This document shows, piece by piece, positions 56,321 through 64,000 of a DNA stretch of 64,000 nt. The position numbers and the translations under genes were made by a program. Under the pieces are notes generated by a model, which saw nothing but the letters and a program-made list of their open reading frames with translations, made no database searches and had not been told where the DNA came from. Position 1 is the first letter of the stretch. Each line of letters starts with the position of its first letter. Origin of the DNA: an uncultured delta proteobacterium (GTDB lineage: Bacteria > Desulfobacterota > Desulfomonilia > Desulfomonilales > Desulfomonilaceae); NCBI GenBank assembly GCA_963789265.1, contig CAWBKB010000007.1, positions 160,001-224,000 on the forward strand, written 5' to 3'.

Positions 56321-57169
56321 CTAGTCCGGAGCCGCGTCCCTAATCAGACCATGTGTACGTGCGGGTTGATTACGGCGGCGATCCGGGTGATCCCGCTCGC
56401 GAAACTGTCGCAGACCCTCGATTGTTGCCGGATCGTGAATCGATCGATTGAAGCACTCTGCTTCGATACGCAATCCCTCTGCCAGTGGAAGACCATACCC
56501 GCGGAGAGCGGCTTCCTTGTCGGTACGGAGCGCAGGTTGGGGTAGAGCACAAATGAACTCTGCAAGCTCGAGGGCTCTGCCAAGGGATTTGCCTTTCGGA
56601 ACCACTTCGTTGACCAAACCGATTCGCTCGGCTTCCCGCGCGTCGATCACCCTACCCGTGATGATAAGCTCCATTGCACGGCCCATCCCAATGATCCGCG
56701 GGAGCCGTTGGGTTCCTCCGTCGGCCAGTCCAATGTTCCATCGCCGACAGGTGACCCCGAATGACGCATGCTCTTCTGCGATTCTGATGTCCGCGAAGCA
56801 TGCCCATTCGAGCCCTCCGGCATAAGCAGCCCCGTTGACGGCTGCAATTATCGGCTTGTAGATATCAGTCCAACGGCTGGGACCGAGTATCCCGGGCCGT
56901 TCACCTCGATTGTGCGCGGCGATCTCGGCGGGCGTAATGGGAACCAGGGCATCTCCAGCCATGAGATCGCCTCCCGTGCAGAAAGCCTTGTCCCCTGTTC
57001 CGGTAATGATGGCGACCTTCGCATGGCTGTCATCGCGAAAATGCGCCCAGGCACTAACGAGTTCCTGGTGGGTGGTCGGACCGATGCAGTTGCGCACTTC
57101 CGGCCTATCGAACCGGATTATTGTCACGGAGCCGCGCTTTTCGTAGACTATCTGGGTGTATTCCGTCAT
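56321..57169 (-). CDS. Enoyl-CoA hydratase/isomerase family protein
   Basis: AFCTGGDL, KPIIAAVNG..AGGLE, GGTQRLPRIIG. Confidence 0.93.
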   Translation of the reverse strand: MTEYTQIVYEKRGSVTIIRFDRPEVRNCIGPTTHQELVSAWAHFRDDSHAKVAIITGTGDKAFCTGGDLMAGDALVPITPAEIAAHNRGERPGILGPSRWTDIYKPIIAAVNGAAYAGGLEWACFADIRIAEEHASFGVTCRRWNIGLADGGTQRLPRIIGMGRAMELIITGRVIDAREAERIGLVNEVVPKGKSLGRALELAEFICALPQPALRTDKEAALRGYGLPLAEGLRIEAECFNRSIHDPATIEGLRQFRERDHPDRRRNQPARTHGLIRDAAPD

Positions 57170-57243
57170 TTGAATCTCCTTCACGGGCTCTGCCTTCGCG
57201 ACTTGCGTTCCCGGAGGGAGCATAGGAACGAGACGTCAAGAAG

Positions 57244-57903
57244 TCATAGGCCCTGCTCGTTCTTCCGGACAGTCTTGGGTCGAGTTCCGGCGAACGCGGG
57301 TAAGAGAACGAATTTCAGGGTCTCTTTCACCATTGAAATGTACTCGTCCCTCGGAAGCTTGAGCATGGTTCGGAAGTAGTTTTCGCCCGACACGAAGTTA
57401 TGGATGGAATTCATTAGAGCAAGCACTTGCATTCTGACAGAGTCGGGAATATTTCTCTTGTCCTTACAGAGGCCCATGGAGCGGGCGATGTCAGAAACAC
57501 GTTCGGGCACCTGAAAATCGGTGATTGATTCGTCCCTAGTCTTTCCGAAGTACCGGAAGAGGATCAGGTTCGAAATTTCTGAATGCTCGAAGAGGTAATC
57601 GGTCATGAGGTCGAGCGATATGCCAAGTCTCTCGGCAATAGGAAGGCCGTGAATCATATTTTCCACTTCAAGCAGCTTCTGCCGCATGTCCTCGTTTATG
57701 TCCCGGATAACTGCTTCGTATAGATCCCCCTTTTCACCCCAGTGATAATAGAGTGTGGAGATGTCGATCCCGACTCCTTCCGCGATCATGCGGGTAGTGG
57801 CGCCATGAAAGCCATATTCGCCGAAGATCCGGCGAGCCTTGGCCAGGATTCTCCCCTTCATGGAATCGGGGTCTTTCCGGGCTTTTTCCAGGGGTGACAC
57901 CAT
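57244..57903 (-). CDS. TetR-family regulator
   Basis: GFHGATTRMIA.GVGIDISTLYYHW. Confidence 0.9.
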   Translation of the reverse strand: MVSPLEKARKDPDSMKGRILAKARRIFGEYGFHGATTRMIAEGVGIDISTLYYHWGEKGDLYEAVIRDINEDMRQKLLEVENMIHGLPIAERLGISLDLMTDYLFEHSEISNLILFRYFGKTRDESITDFQVPERVSDIARSMGLCKDKRNIPDSVRMQVLALMNSIHNFVSGENYFRTMLKLPRDEYISMVKETLKFVLLPAFAGTRPKTVRKNEQGL

Positions 57904-57924
57904 CGCTTTATTCCAGTATATCTT

Positions 57925-57940
57925 TCCATCAATTGATGGA
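57925..57940. promoter_or_regulatory. Candidate TetR operator
   Basis: Perfect palindrome TCCATCAATTGATGGA 22 nt upstream of the TetR start. Confidence 0.55.
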
Positions 57941-58045
57941 TACACTGAAGGAGGTCGAGGAAGAAGTCAAGAGGAAAATGGCAGATCCCATAAGCATTTA
58001 GTTTTCAACGAGAAAGAGTTGTTAAACTTGTGGGGCGGGCTTTCC

Positions 58046-58253
58046 GAAACTGTCTCAAAAACAATGAAACGGTCGGAATCGTAGCACGAATCCCTCACCC
58101 TGTGTCCCTCTCCCAGAGGGCGAGGGAAGTGCAGAACTGCCCTGGATATGCTCCCTCTCCCTCTGGGAGAGGGTTGGAGTGAGGGAAACAAAATACATGG
58201 CAGCCTCAATCGCGCCACGATTCGAACCTTGTGCGGAATTTTGAGACACTTTC
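58046..58253. mobile_element. MITE with 15-bp TIRs and TTCC TSD, inserted in a REP arm
   Basis: GAAACTGTCTCAAAA / TTTTGAGACACTTTC; TTCC on both sides; cargo CCCTCACCC...CCTCTCCC..GGG hairpins; removal restores GTGGGGCGGGCTTTCCAGCCTGCC. Confidence 0.75.
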
Positions 58254-58418
58254 TTCCAGCCTGCCATCGGCCAAGTCAGGAAGAAGGCGGGCTGGCAAGC
58301 CCGCCCCACGTGAGTAAATGGTTACACTCCAGTGGAGGATTATGATTGACCGCAACCAGCCGAGGCTGTATGAATAGGCTAGATGGGGCTCAAACACAGT
58401 CTGCCAAAGGGGGGCACA

Positions 58419-60149
58419 ATGCCGTACGACTCAAGACCCTGGCTCAAGTGGTATGATGACGGAATACGTTCCGACGTGGTCACCCCGGACATCTCGCTTG
58501 TCGATCACTTCAATGACGTGGCGAACCAAGTCGCCCGCCGGCCCGCGGTTTTCTTTCTGGGGACCGTTCTTACCTACGCAGACTTGATGGCCGCTGCCGA
58601 CAGCTTGGCCAACGCGTTGATCGATGCGGGCTGCGGACCGGGCAATGTGGTCGGCATCAATCTTCCCAATATTCCCCAATATCTGATTGCCCAACTCGGA
58701 GTCATGAAGGCTGGTTGTGCAGCATCCGGCTTGTCTCCTCTGCTGACTCCGCGCGAGATGGCTCACCAACTGCTAGACTCCGGGGCCAAAGGCCTGGTGA
58801 CGTTGGACGCGATATTCGAGCACAAATTTGCGGGGATAGCGAATCAGGTCCCTGACTTGAAATTTGTCGCCGTTACCGGAATCCTCGACTACGCCTCGCC
58901 TATAAAACGAACTCTGGCCAAGCTCTTGAAGAAGGTCCCGACCGGAAAAGTGGGGCCTCTTCCCGGCAAGAGCGTATTGAAATTCAAGGATATCCCGACC
59001 CGATACTCCTCGCATGACCCAGGCGTCAAGGTCCTTTCCCACGATCATTTTCTGATCCAGTACACCGGAGGAACCACTGGTGTGCCCAAAGGGACCATTC
59101 TCACCCACCGCAACATGTTCGCGGAACTCACGTTCGTTACGGAGTGGCTTGATATGAAATGGGGTGAGGAGGTTATCCTATCCGGATTCCCGTTTTTTCA
59201 CATAGCCGGATTGGCTCTCGGCCTGGGATCTATATTTCAGGGGCACACTCAGATCCTAATCCCCGATCCGCGCAACACGAAGCACATTTTGAAGGAAATG
59301 GCGCGGTACATGCCAACGATGCTGGTTAACGTCCCTTCATTGTACATGATGCTTCTCGAAGAGCCTGGTTTTCGCCGCCTCGATTTCTCCGGGCTGGAGT
59401 TTTGTCTGTCCGCGGCGTCGCCGTTTCCTGCCGAATCGCTCAAACACCTTGAATCCGTGGTGGGGGAAGACAAGGTTGTGGAGGCCTACGGTCTGACCGA
59501 GGGATGCGCCCTGGTCACGTCCAATCCCAGAAGAGGCACGAAAAAAGTGGGAAGTGTAGGCCTTCCGCTGCAAAACACAACAATCAGACTGGTTGATATC
59601 GAGACCGGCGAGCATCAGGTCCCGGTGGGCGAAGAAGGCGAGATCATCGTTTCCGGCCCTCAGGTGATGAAAGGCTACCTCAACAATCCGCAGGAGACCT
59701 CCCTGGTCCTGCGCGAACACGACGGCAAGGTCTGGCTTCACACAGGAGATGTGGCCCGTATGGATGAAGATGGTTTTTTCACCATAGTGGACCGTTCGAA
59801 GGACATGCTTAACGTCGGAGGGTTCAAGGTCTTCTCCCGTGAAGTAGAAGACAAGATGTACGAGCACCCGGCGATCGAGTTCTGCGCGATCATAGGGATT
59901 TCCAATCCCAAAAGACCCGGCACGGATATTGTCAAGCTTGTCGTTCAGTTGAAGCAGGCTTTCAAGGATAGAGATCAGGACAAGCTCAAAGAGGATTTGC
60001 TGGGATATGCCCGCGATAACTTCTCTCCATACAAGATTCCCAAGATGATAGAGATATTGGATGCGATGCCGTTAACTTCGGTCGGCAAAGTAGACAAGAA
60101 AGCGTTACGCGTGAAGCATGGGGCCGCGAGCGTGGATCTGGGTACGTAG
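58419..60149 (+). CDS. Long-chain fatty acid-CoA ligase
   Basis: QYTGGTTGVPKG, EAYGLTE, GPQVMKGY, LHTGD, VGKV. Confidence 0.93.
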   Translation: MPYDSRPWLKWYDDGIRSDVVTPDISLVDHFNDVANQVARRPAVFFLGTVLTYADLMAAADSLANALIDAGCGPGNVVGINLPNIPQYLIAQLGVMKAGCAASGLSPLLTPREMAHQLLDSGAKGLVTLDAIFEHKFAGIANQVPDLKFVAVTGILDYASPIKRTLAKLLKKVPTGKVGPLPGKSVLKFKDIPTRYSSHDPGVKVLSHDHFLIQYTGGTTGVPKGTILTHRNMFAELTFVTEWLDMKWGEEVILSGFPFFHIAGLALGLGSIFQGHTQILIPDPRNTKHILKEMARYMPTMLVNVPSLYMMLLEEPGFRRLDFSGLEFCLSAASPFPAESLKHLESVVGEDKVVEAYGLTEGCALVTSNPRRGTKKVGSVGLPLQNTTIRLVDIETGEHQVPVGEEGEIIVSGPQVMKGYLNNPQETSLVLREHDGKVWLHTGDVARMDEDGFFTIVDRSKDMLNVGGFKVFSREVEDKMYEHPAIEFCAIIGISNPKRPGTDIVKLVVQLKQAFKDRDQDKLKEDLLGYARDNFSPYKIPKMIEILDAMPLTSVGKVDKKALRVKHGAASVDLGT

Positions 60150-60216
60150 GTCACCCACTAGAGCGGTTCTCGAAAATATTGTCGTCACAAGTGGTGCGTG
60201 TTGGCATCAATTTAGA

Positions 60217-60532
60217 TTGGTGGGACAGGCTTCCAGCCTGTCGTTGATGGACGGGCAGGATGCCCATCTCCACTGCAAGGTATCAGCGGGCATCGAGTAG
60301 GACCGGCCTCCGTGCCAGTCATTGTTGGGACAGGCTTCCAGCCTGTCACCAAATGGCAGGCAGGATGCCTGCCCCACTAGGCCGGCAGAGACGCCGGCGC
60401 TACTCCCGAAGCGGAGACGCATCGAATTTCTCGTTCCCAGGCTCTGCCTCGATTATGATCATGAAACAAAGAGAGGCGCCAGGCAGAGTCCCGCGTCCCG
60501 CGGGATTACCAGGCGGAGCCCGGGAACCAGAA
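60217..60532. repeat. Cluster of REP-like hairpins (two GGGACAGGCTTCCAGCCTGTC units, one CTCGTTCCCAGGCTCTGCCT unit)
   Basis: First family also near 17385; second also near 20820-20970, 52618-52713, 57183-57232 and 62318-62430. Confidence 0.8.
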
Positions 60533-60584
60533 ACAGCGTGGAATATCGGACAAGAATTTTGACAATTACTTCATGCGGAATTAA

Positions 60585-61733
60585 TCAAAGAATCATCTTG
60601 GAAATCATTTCTTTCATGATCTCGGTCGTCCCGCCGCCGATGGAAAGGATGCGGCTGTCCCGGTACAATCGTTCCACCAGATACTCTCGCATGTACCCGT
60701 AACCGCCATGAATTTGCACCGCTTGATGGCAGACTCGATCGCAAATTTCAGCGGAAAAGATCTTGGCCATCGAGACTTCCTTGACCGCGTTGGCGCCGGC
60801 CTGGATTTTAGCAGCAACTCGGTATGTGAACTCTCGGCTGACCTCGACTAATGTGGCCATATCCACCAGCTTGTGTCTTGTGACCTGGAAGCCTGTAAGC
60901 GGCTTGCCGAAAGCCTCTCTTATCCGAGCGTATTTGATGGATTCTTCAAGGGCCAACTGAGCGGTTGCGTTGGCCATAAGTGCCAGGTAGAGCCTCTCTT
61001 TCTGGAAGTTGTGCATCAGGCCGTAAAATGCCGATCCTTCAGCACCGAGGCGATTTTCCACAGGCACTCGCACATCTTGGAGAGCCAATTCCGCAGTATC
61101 CGACGCCCACCAGCCCATCTTTCTGAGTTTCTTGGAAACAGTGAATCCCGGGCTATCGGTTTCCACGACAAGGAGGCTTAATCCGTGATGGCCCGGCCCC
61201 CCTGTTCGCACGGCCATGGTCACAAGGTCAGCCCGTGTCCCCGAGGTGATCATGGTCTTCGAGCCGTTGACAATGTAGCAGCCACCATCTCGCACCGCGC
61301 GAGTGCGGATGTTGGCAACATCAGATCCGCCTCCTGGCTCGGTAACGCCCAGGGCTGCGATCTTTTCCCCCTGCAGAACAGGAGGCACGAATCGCTCTTT
61401 CTGCTCTTCGTTTCCCAGAGCGAGAATCGGCGGCAGAGCAATCCCGTGAGACATGAGCCCTGCCGCCACTCCACCTGATCCTGACCGAGTTAATTCTTCG
61501 GTTACCACCGCCTCGTGGAAGATGTCGGTCTCGATGCCGCTCCACTGCTGAGGGTAGCAGACACCGAGAAGGCCAACCTCGGCAGCCTTTCGATAAAGCT
61601 CCCGTGGGAACTCGCCCGCCTCCTCCCATGATTCGACGTGAGGCTTGATCTCCCGGTCGACAAACCTGGCAACCGTTTGCCTGAGGATATGATGAGTCTC
61701 CTGGAAATAATCAGGACTGCCGCTCATACCCAT
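60585..61733 (-). CDS. Acyl-CoA dehydrogenase
   Basis: TEPGGGSD, NGSKTMITSG, R.AFGKPL, QIHGGYGY, IGGGTTEI. Confidence 0.95.
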   Translation of the reverse strand: MGMSGSPDYFQETHHILRQTVARFVDREIKPHVESWEEAGEFPRELYRKAAEVGLLGVCYPQQWSGIETDIFHEAVVTEELTRSGSGGVAAGLMSHGIALPPILALGNEEQKERFVPPVLQGEKIAALGVTEPGGGSDVANIRTRAVRDGGCYIVNGSKTMITSGTRADLVTMAVRTGGPGHHGLSLLVVETDSPGFTVSKKLRKMGWWASDTAELALQDVRVPVENRLGAEGSAFYGLMHNFQKERLYLALMANATAQLALEESIKYARIREAFGKPLTGFQVTRHKLVDMATLVEVSREFTYRVAAKIQAGANAVKEVSMAKIFSAEICDRVCHQAVQIHGGYGYMREYLVERLYRDSRILSIGGGTTEIMKEMISKMIL

Positions 61734-61759
61734 TCCTTTACAGCCTTACAGTGGGATGC

Positions 61760-62089
61760 TCAGGCCAATGGGAAAAGATTCGGGATGCGCTGGGCCGCCA
61801 TGATGTCTCCGGTAGCCTTAAGCTTGCCGGTCATAAACGCAGTCATGCCGTTCAGGGTGCCGTTGCACATGGCAATCCAGTCCACGTCGGCCATGGTAAG
61901 GCTTACGTTCGGGCTCGCGTGAACACCCTGACTAACCTGGCAAGCGTTGTCCTTGACGACCACATGCCAGTCGCCGGCCTGGTCGCCCGTAATATGGAAC
62001 TGAAAAATCATATCCAGGCCGGCCGCGGCCGCGGGATTGAACACCTCCGGCATCTTCTCGAAGACTTCATTCACAGTGCTAAGGGCCAT
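61760..62089 (-). CDS. SCP2 sterol/lipid-binding domain protein
   Basis: AFMTGKLKATGD motif, 109 aa. Confidence 0.88.
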   Translation of the reverse strand: MALSTVNEVFEKMPEVFNPAAAAGLDMIFQFHITGDQAGDWHVVVKDNACQVSQGVHASPNVSLTMADVDWIAMCNGTLNGMTAFMTGKLKATGDIMAAQRIPNLFPLA

Positions 62090-62494
62090 TTCTTTTTCCT
62101 TTCTCTTTTTGAGCAGTTTTTCCTTTTTGGGCGAAGGTATGACAATTACCTCCCCTATTGCCAAGGTCCCACCCCACTCGTTGGGACATACAAACGATTT
62201 TGCCATAATCTCCGGGAACAAGTAAGAATTATATTTCAGCCCTACCTACCTGTCTCGGAGAAAAGTAGAAAAAACACAATCCTCTGCGATCTCTGCGTTC
62301 TCCGCGGTTGACTATTTTCTCGTTCCCGGGCTCTGCCTCAATTTTCATATCGAAATAAGGGCAGTTAGCGGGCGGAGCCCGCAAGATATGGATTCCCAGG
62401 CGGTCCCGCGAGACGCGGAATTGGGAACCAGAACCTCTAACCAGAATTCTCCGCGATCTCTGCGTTCTCCGCGGTGAATGTTTACAATTATCCG

Positions 62495-63115
62495 TCAGCC
62501 CTTTGGACGCGCGCCGTTCAAGAAAACCTCCATGAGCCCCCGCTCGATGCGTTCCTTCTGGCCGCTGCCCCTGAGGGGTTGGTTTTCGAGCACCATAGCA
62601 GATATAAAGCTCTCTATCCCTCCCAGAAAGATGTGTGTGAGATATCGCGGCCGTATGTCGGCTCGCAGAGTTTTCCGTTCTTGTGCTTGTGCAATGATTC
62701 TCTCCATCCGATCCCTGAACGTCTTGAACCATTCCAAACGCTCCGGCGTCAGGTTTGTTGTCGAACGCGAGATCTCGGTAATGAAAATGTGTACAAGGTC
62801 CGGCCGTTTTTCGTACTGGTCGAGGAAATATCTGACGATCGATCGCAATTTTTCTTCCACCGGCTGAGACAATTTGTCGCACTGGTCCATCATTTCAAGA
62901 AGATCGTCCCACCGCTCTTTGAGGATCGCGTCGAACAGATCTGCTTTGCTCTTGAAATAGTGGTATACCAGCCCGTACGAGATACCCGCGGCCGTGGCAA
63001 TGTCCGTGACACGTGCCTCATGGAACCCCTTTTCACGGAAAACGCGGCATGCCGCATCAAAGATAGCGACCACCTTGTCCTTCTTGTTGTTCTGAACGGG
63101 CTCAGACAGTTGCAT
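62495..63115 (-). CDS. TetR-family regulator
   Basis: GFHEARVTDIATAAGISYGLVYHYFKSK. Confidence 0.92.
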   Translation of the reverse strand: MQLSEPVQNNKKDKVVAIFDAACRVFREKGFHEARVTDIATAAGISYGLVYHYFKSKADLFDAILKERWDDLLEMMDQCDKLSQPVEEKLRSIVRYFLDQYEKRPDLVHIFITEISRSTTNLTPERLEWFKTFRDRMERIIAQAQERKTLRADIRPRYLTHIFLGGIESFISAMVLENQPLRGSGQKERIERGLMEVFLNGARPKG

Positions 63116-63134
63116 GCGCGAGGACTATCAGTTG

Positions 63135-63154
63135 TTGATTGATTTGTCAATCAA
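63135..63154. promoter_or_regulatory. Candidate TetR operator
   Basis: TTGATTGA-TTTG-TCAATCAA 20 nt upstream of the TetR start. Confidence 0.55.
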
Positions 63155-63415
63155 TTTTTCACATGGCTGTTCCTTGTTCAATACCTTTATTGGTGTAGGC
63201 TTTTTGCGAGCAGCGGTTCGGTATGGTTGCAAATGGCGACGGATTCTTGGCAACTGGCTGTTCCCACAAACAGTTCAAATCACAATCGCTACTATTCTCT
63301 TTGCCGACCATATACGTCAGCGTTTCAAGACCCGGCTGGCATAATTTGTGCTTGACCGAGAATTTTCAGTGAAATATCATCGGACACCGTCAAGAAGGTA
63401 TAAGAAGGGGTCCTC

Positions 63416-64000
63416 ATGAACCAAGACCATGATGAGACGTACCATATGAGTCGTAATCCCAAAAGGGATTTGTTTCCTTATACAGAGTTGGCGACATCAC
63501 GACCGGACGCGGAACCATACGAATTGTCAGATGACTTGCTAAATTGGCTGGCTTGGGAATTTGTGGAACCTGACAAGTGGGGTTGGGTATTTAGAGGTAT
63601 CAGAAAGCACTACTATCCGCTGAAGAGTGTGCTGGACAGAAGAATAGACAACAGAAGAATATTTGGAAGTGCGCACTCCTACTCCGAAATTGATAGACAG
63701 ACCGCCGAGGGTTATCTCCTCAGCCAGTTCAAGAAAGGGGCACATCATTTTATTGAGGCTTCGATGGTCCCAGACGACAACAACACCTTAGAATGGTTAG
63801 CGCTAATGCAACATTACGGGACTCCCACACGGCTACTCGACTTCACGCGTTCGCCGTACGTAGCTTGTTTTTTTGCTCTAGAAGAAATCTCTACTAAACA
63901 AGCACAACCAAAAGACACAATAAAGGAAGATAAGAACGCTGCTGTTGAAAATTGCGCAATCTGGGCTGTTGATACCCTCTGGTTGATAAGAAACAGTTTT
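63416..64000 (+). CDS. FRG-domain protein, runs off window end
   Basis: Manual translation: WVFRG...LEWLALMQHYGTPTRLLDFTRSPYVACFFA...AIWA. Not in the ORF track. Confidence 0.88.
   Translation, partial: MNQDHDETYHMSRNPKRDLFPYTELATSRPDAEPYELSDDLLNWLAWEFVEPDKWGWVFRGIRKHYYPLKSVLDRRIDNRRIFGSAHSYSEIDRQTAEGYLLSQFKKGAHHFIEASMVPDDNNTLEWLALMQHYGTPTRLLDFTRSPYVACFFALEEISTKQAQPKDTIKEDKNAAVENCAIWAVDTLWLIRNSF

Overview
A 64-kb chromosomal segment of an anaerobic deltaproteobacterium; gene content and style suggest Desulfomonile-like Desulfobacterota (inference). Left to right: a partial REC-GGDEF gene; ahcY, metK, a MATE transporter and IHF; a secondary-lipid cluster (one ~8-kb ER-KS-AT-ACP-KR-DH iterative PKS/FAS, a PPTase, a B12-binding radical SAM enzyme and a divergent thioester-reductase-like SDR); a ~10-kb accessory/defence island (AbiEi/AbiEii type IV TA, a second divergent AbiEi behind a striking set of palindromes, a COMM-domain-like protein with two small membrane proteins, DUF4238, a HEPN-motif gene pair, two dead higA copies, an orphan XRE antitoxin); selenocysteine-containing selD; iorAB; a signalling cluster in which a corrinoid protein, an MT2-type methyltransferase and a RACo/RamA-type activator sit between two paralogous histidine kinases that precede an Rcp1-type regulator and a sigma-54 activator; an Eco29kI-family R-M pair; a fatty-acid degradation cluster with two TetR regulators; and a partial FRG-domain gene. 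Intergenic DNA is full of REP-like hairpins and nested MITEs with visible target-site duplications. About a dozen genes carry small frameshifts, five of them directly at GTAC, which points to read errors at a methylated motif rather than true pseudogenes. The best candidates for an undescribed system are the corrinoid-module signalling cluster (42.3-52.5 kb), the PKS/radical-SAM lipid cluster and the COMM-like operon. All family calls come from motif recognition by eye; no searches were run.
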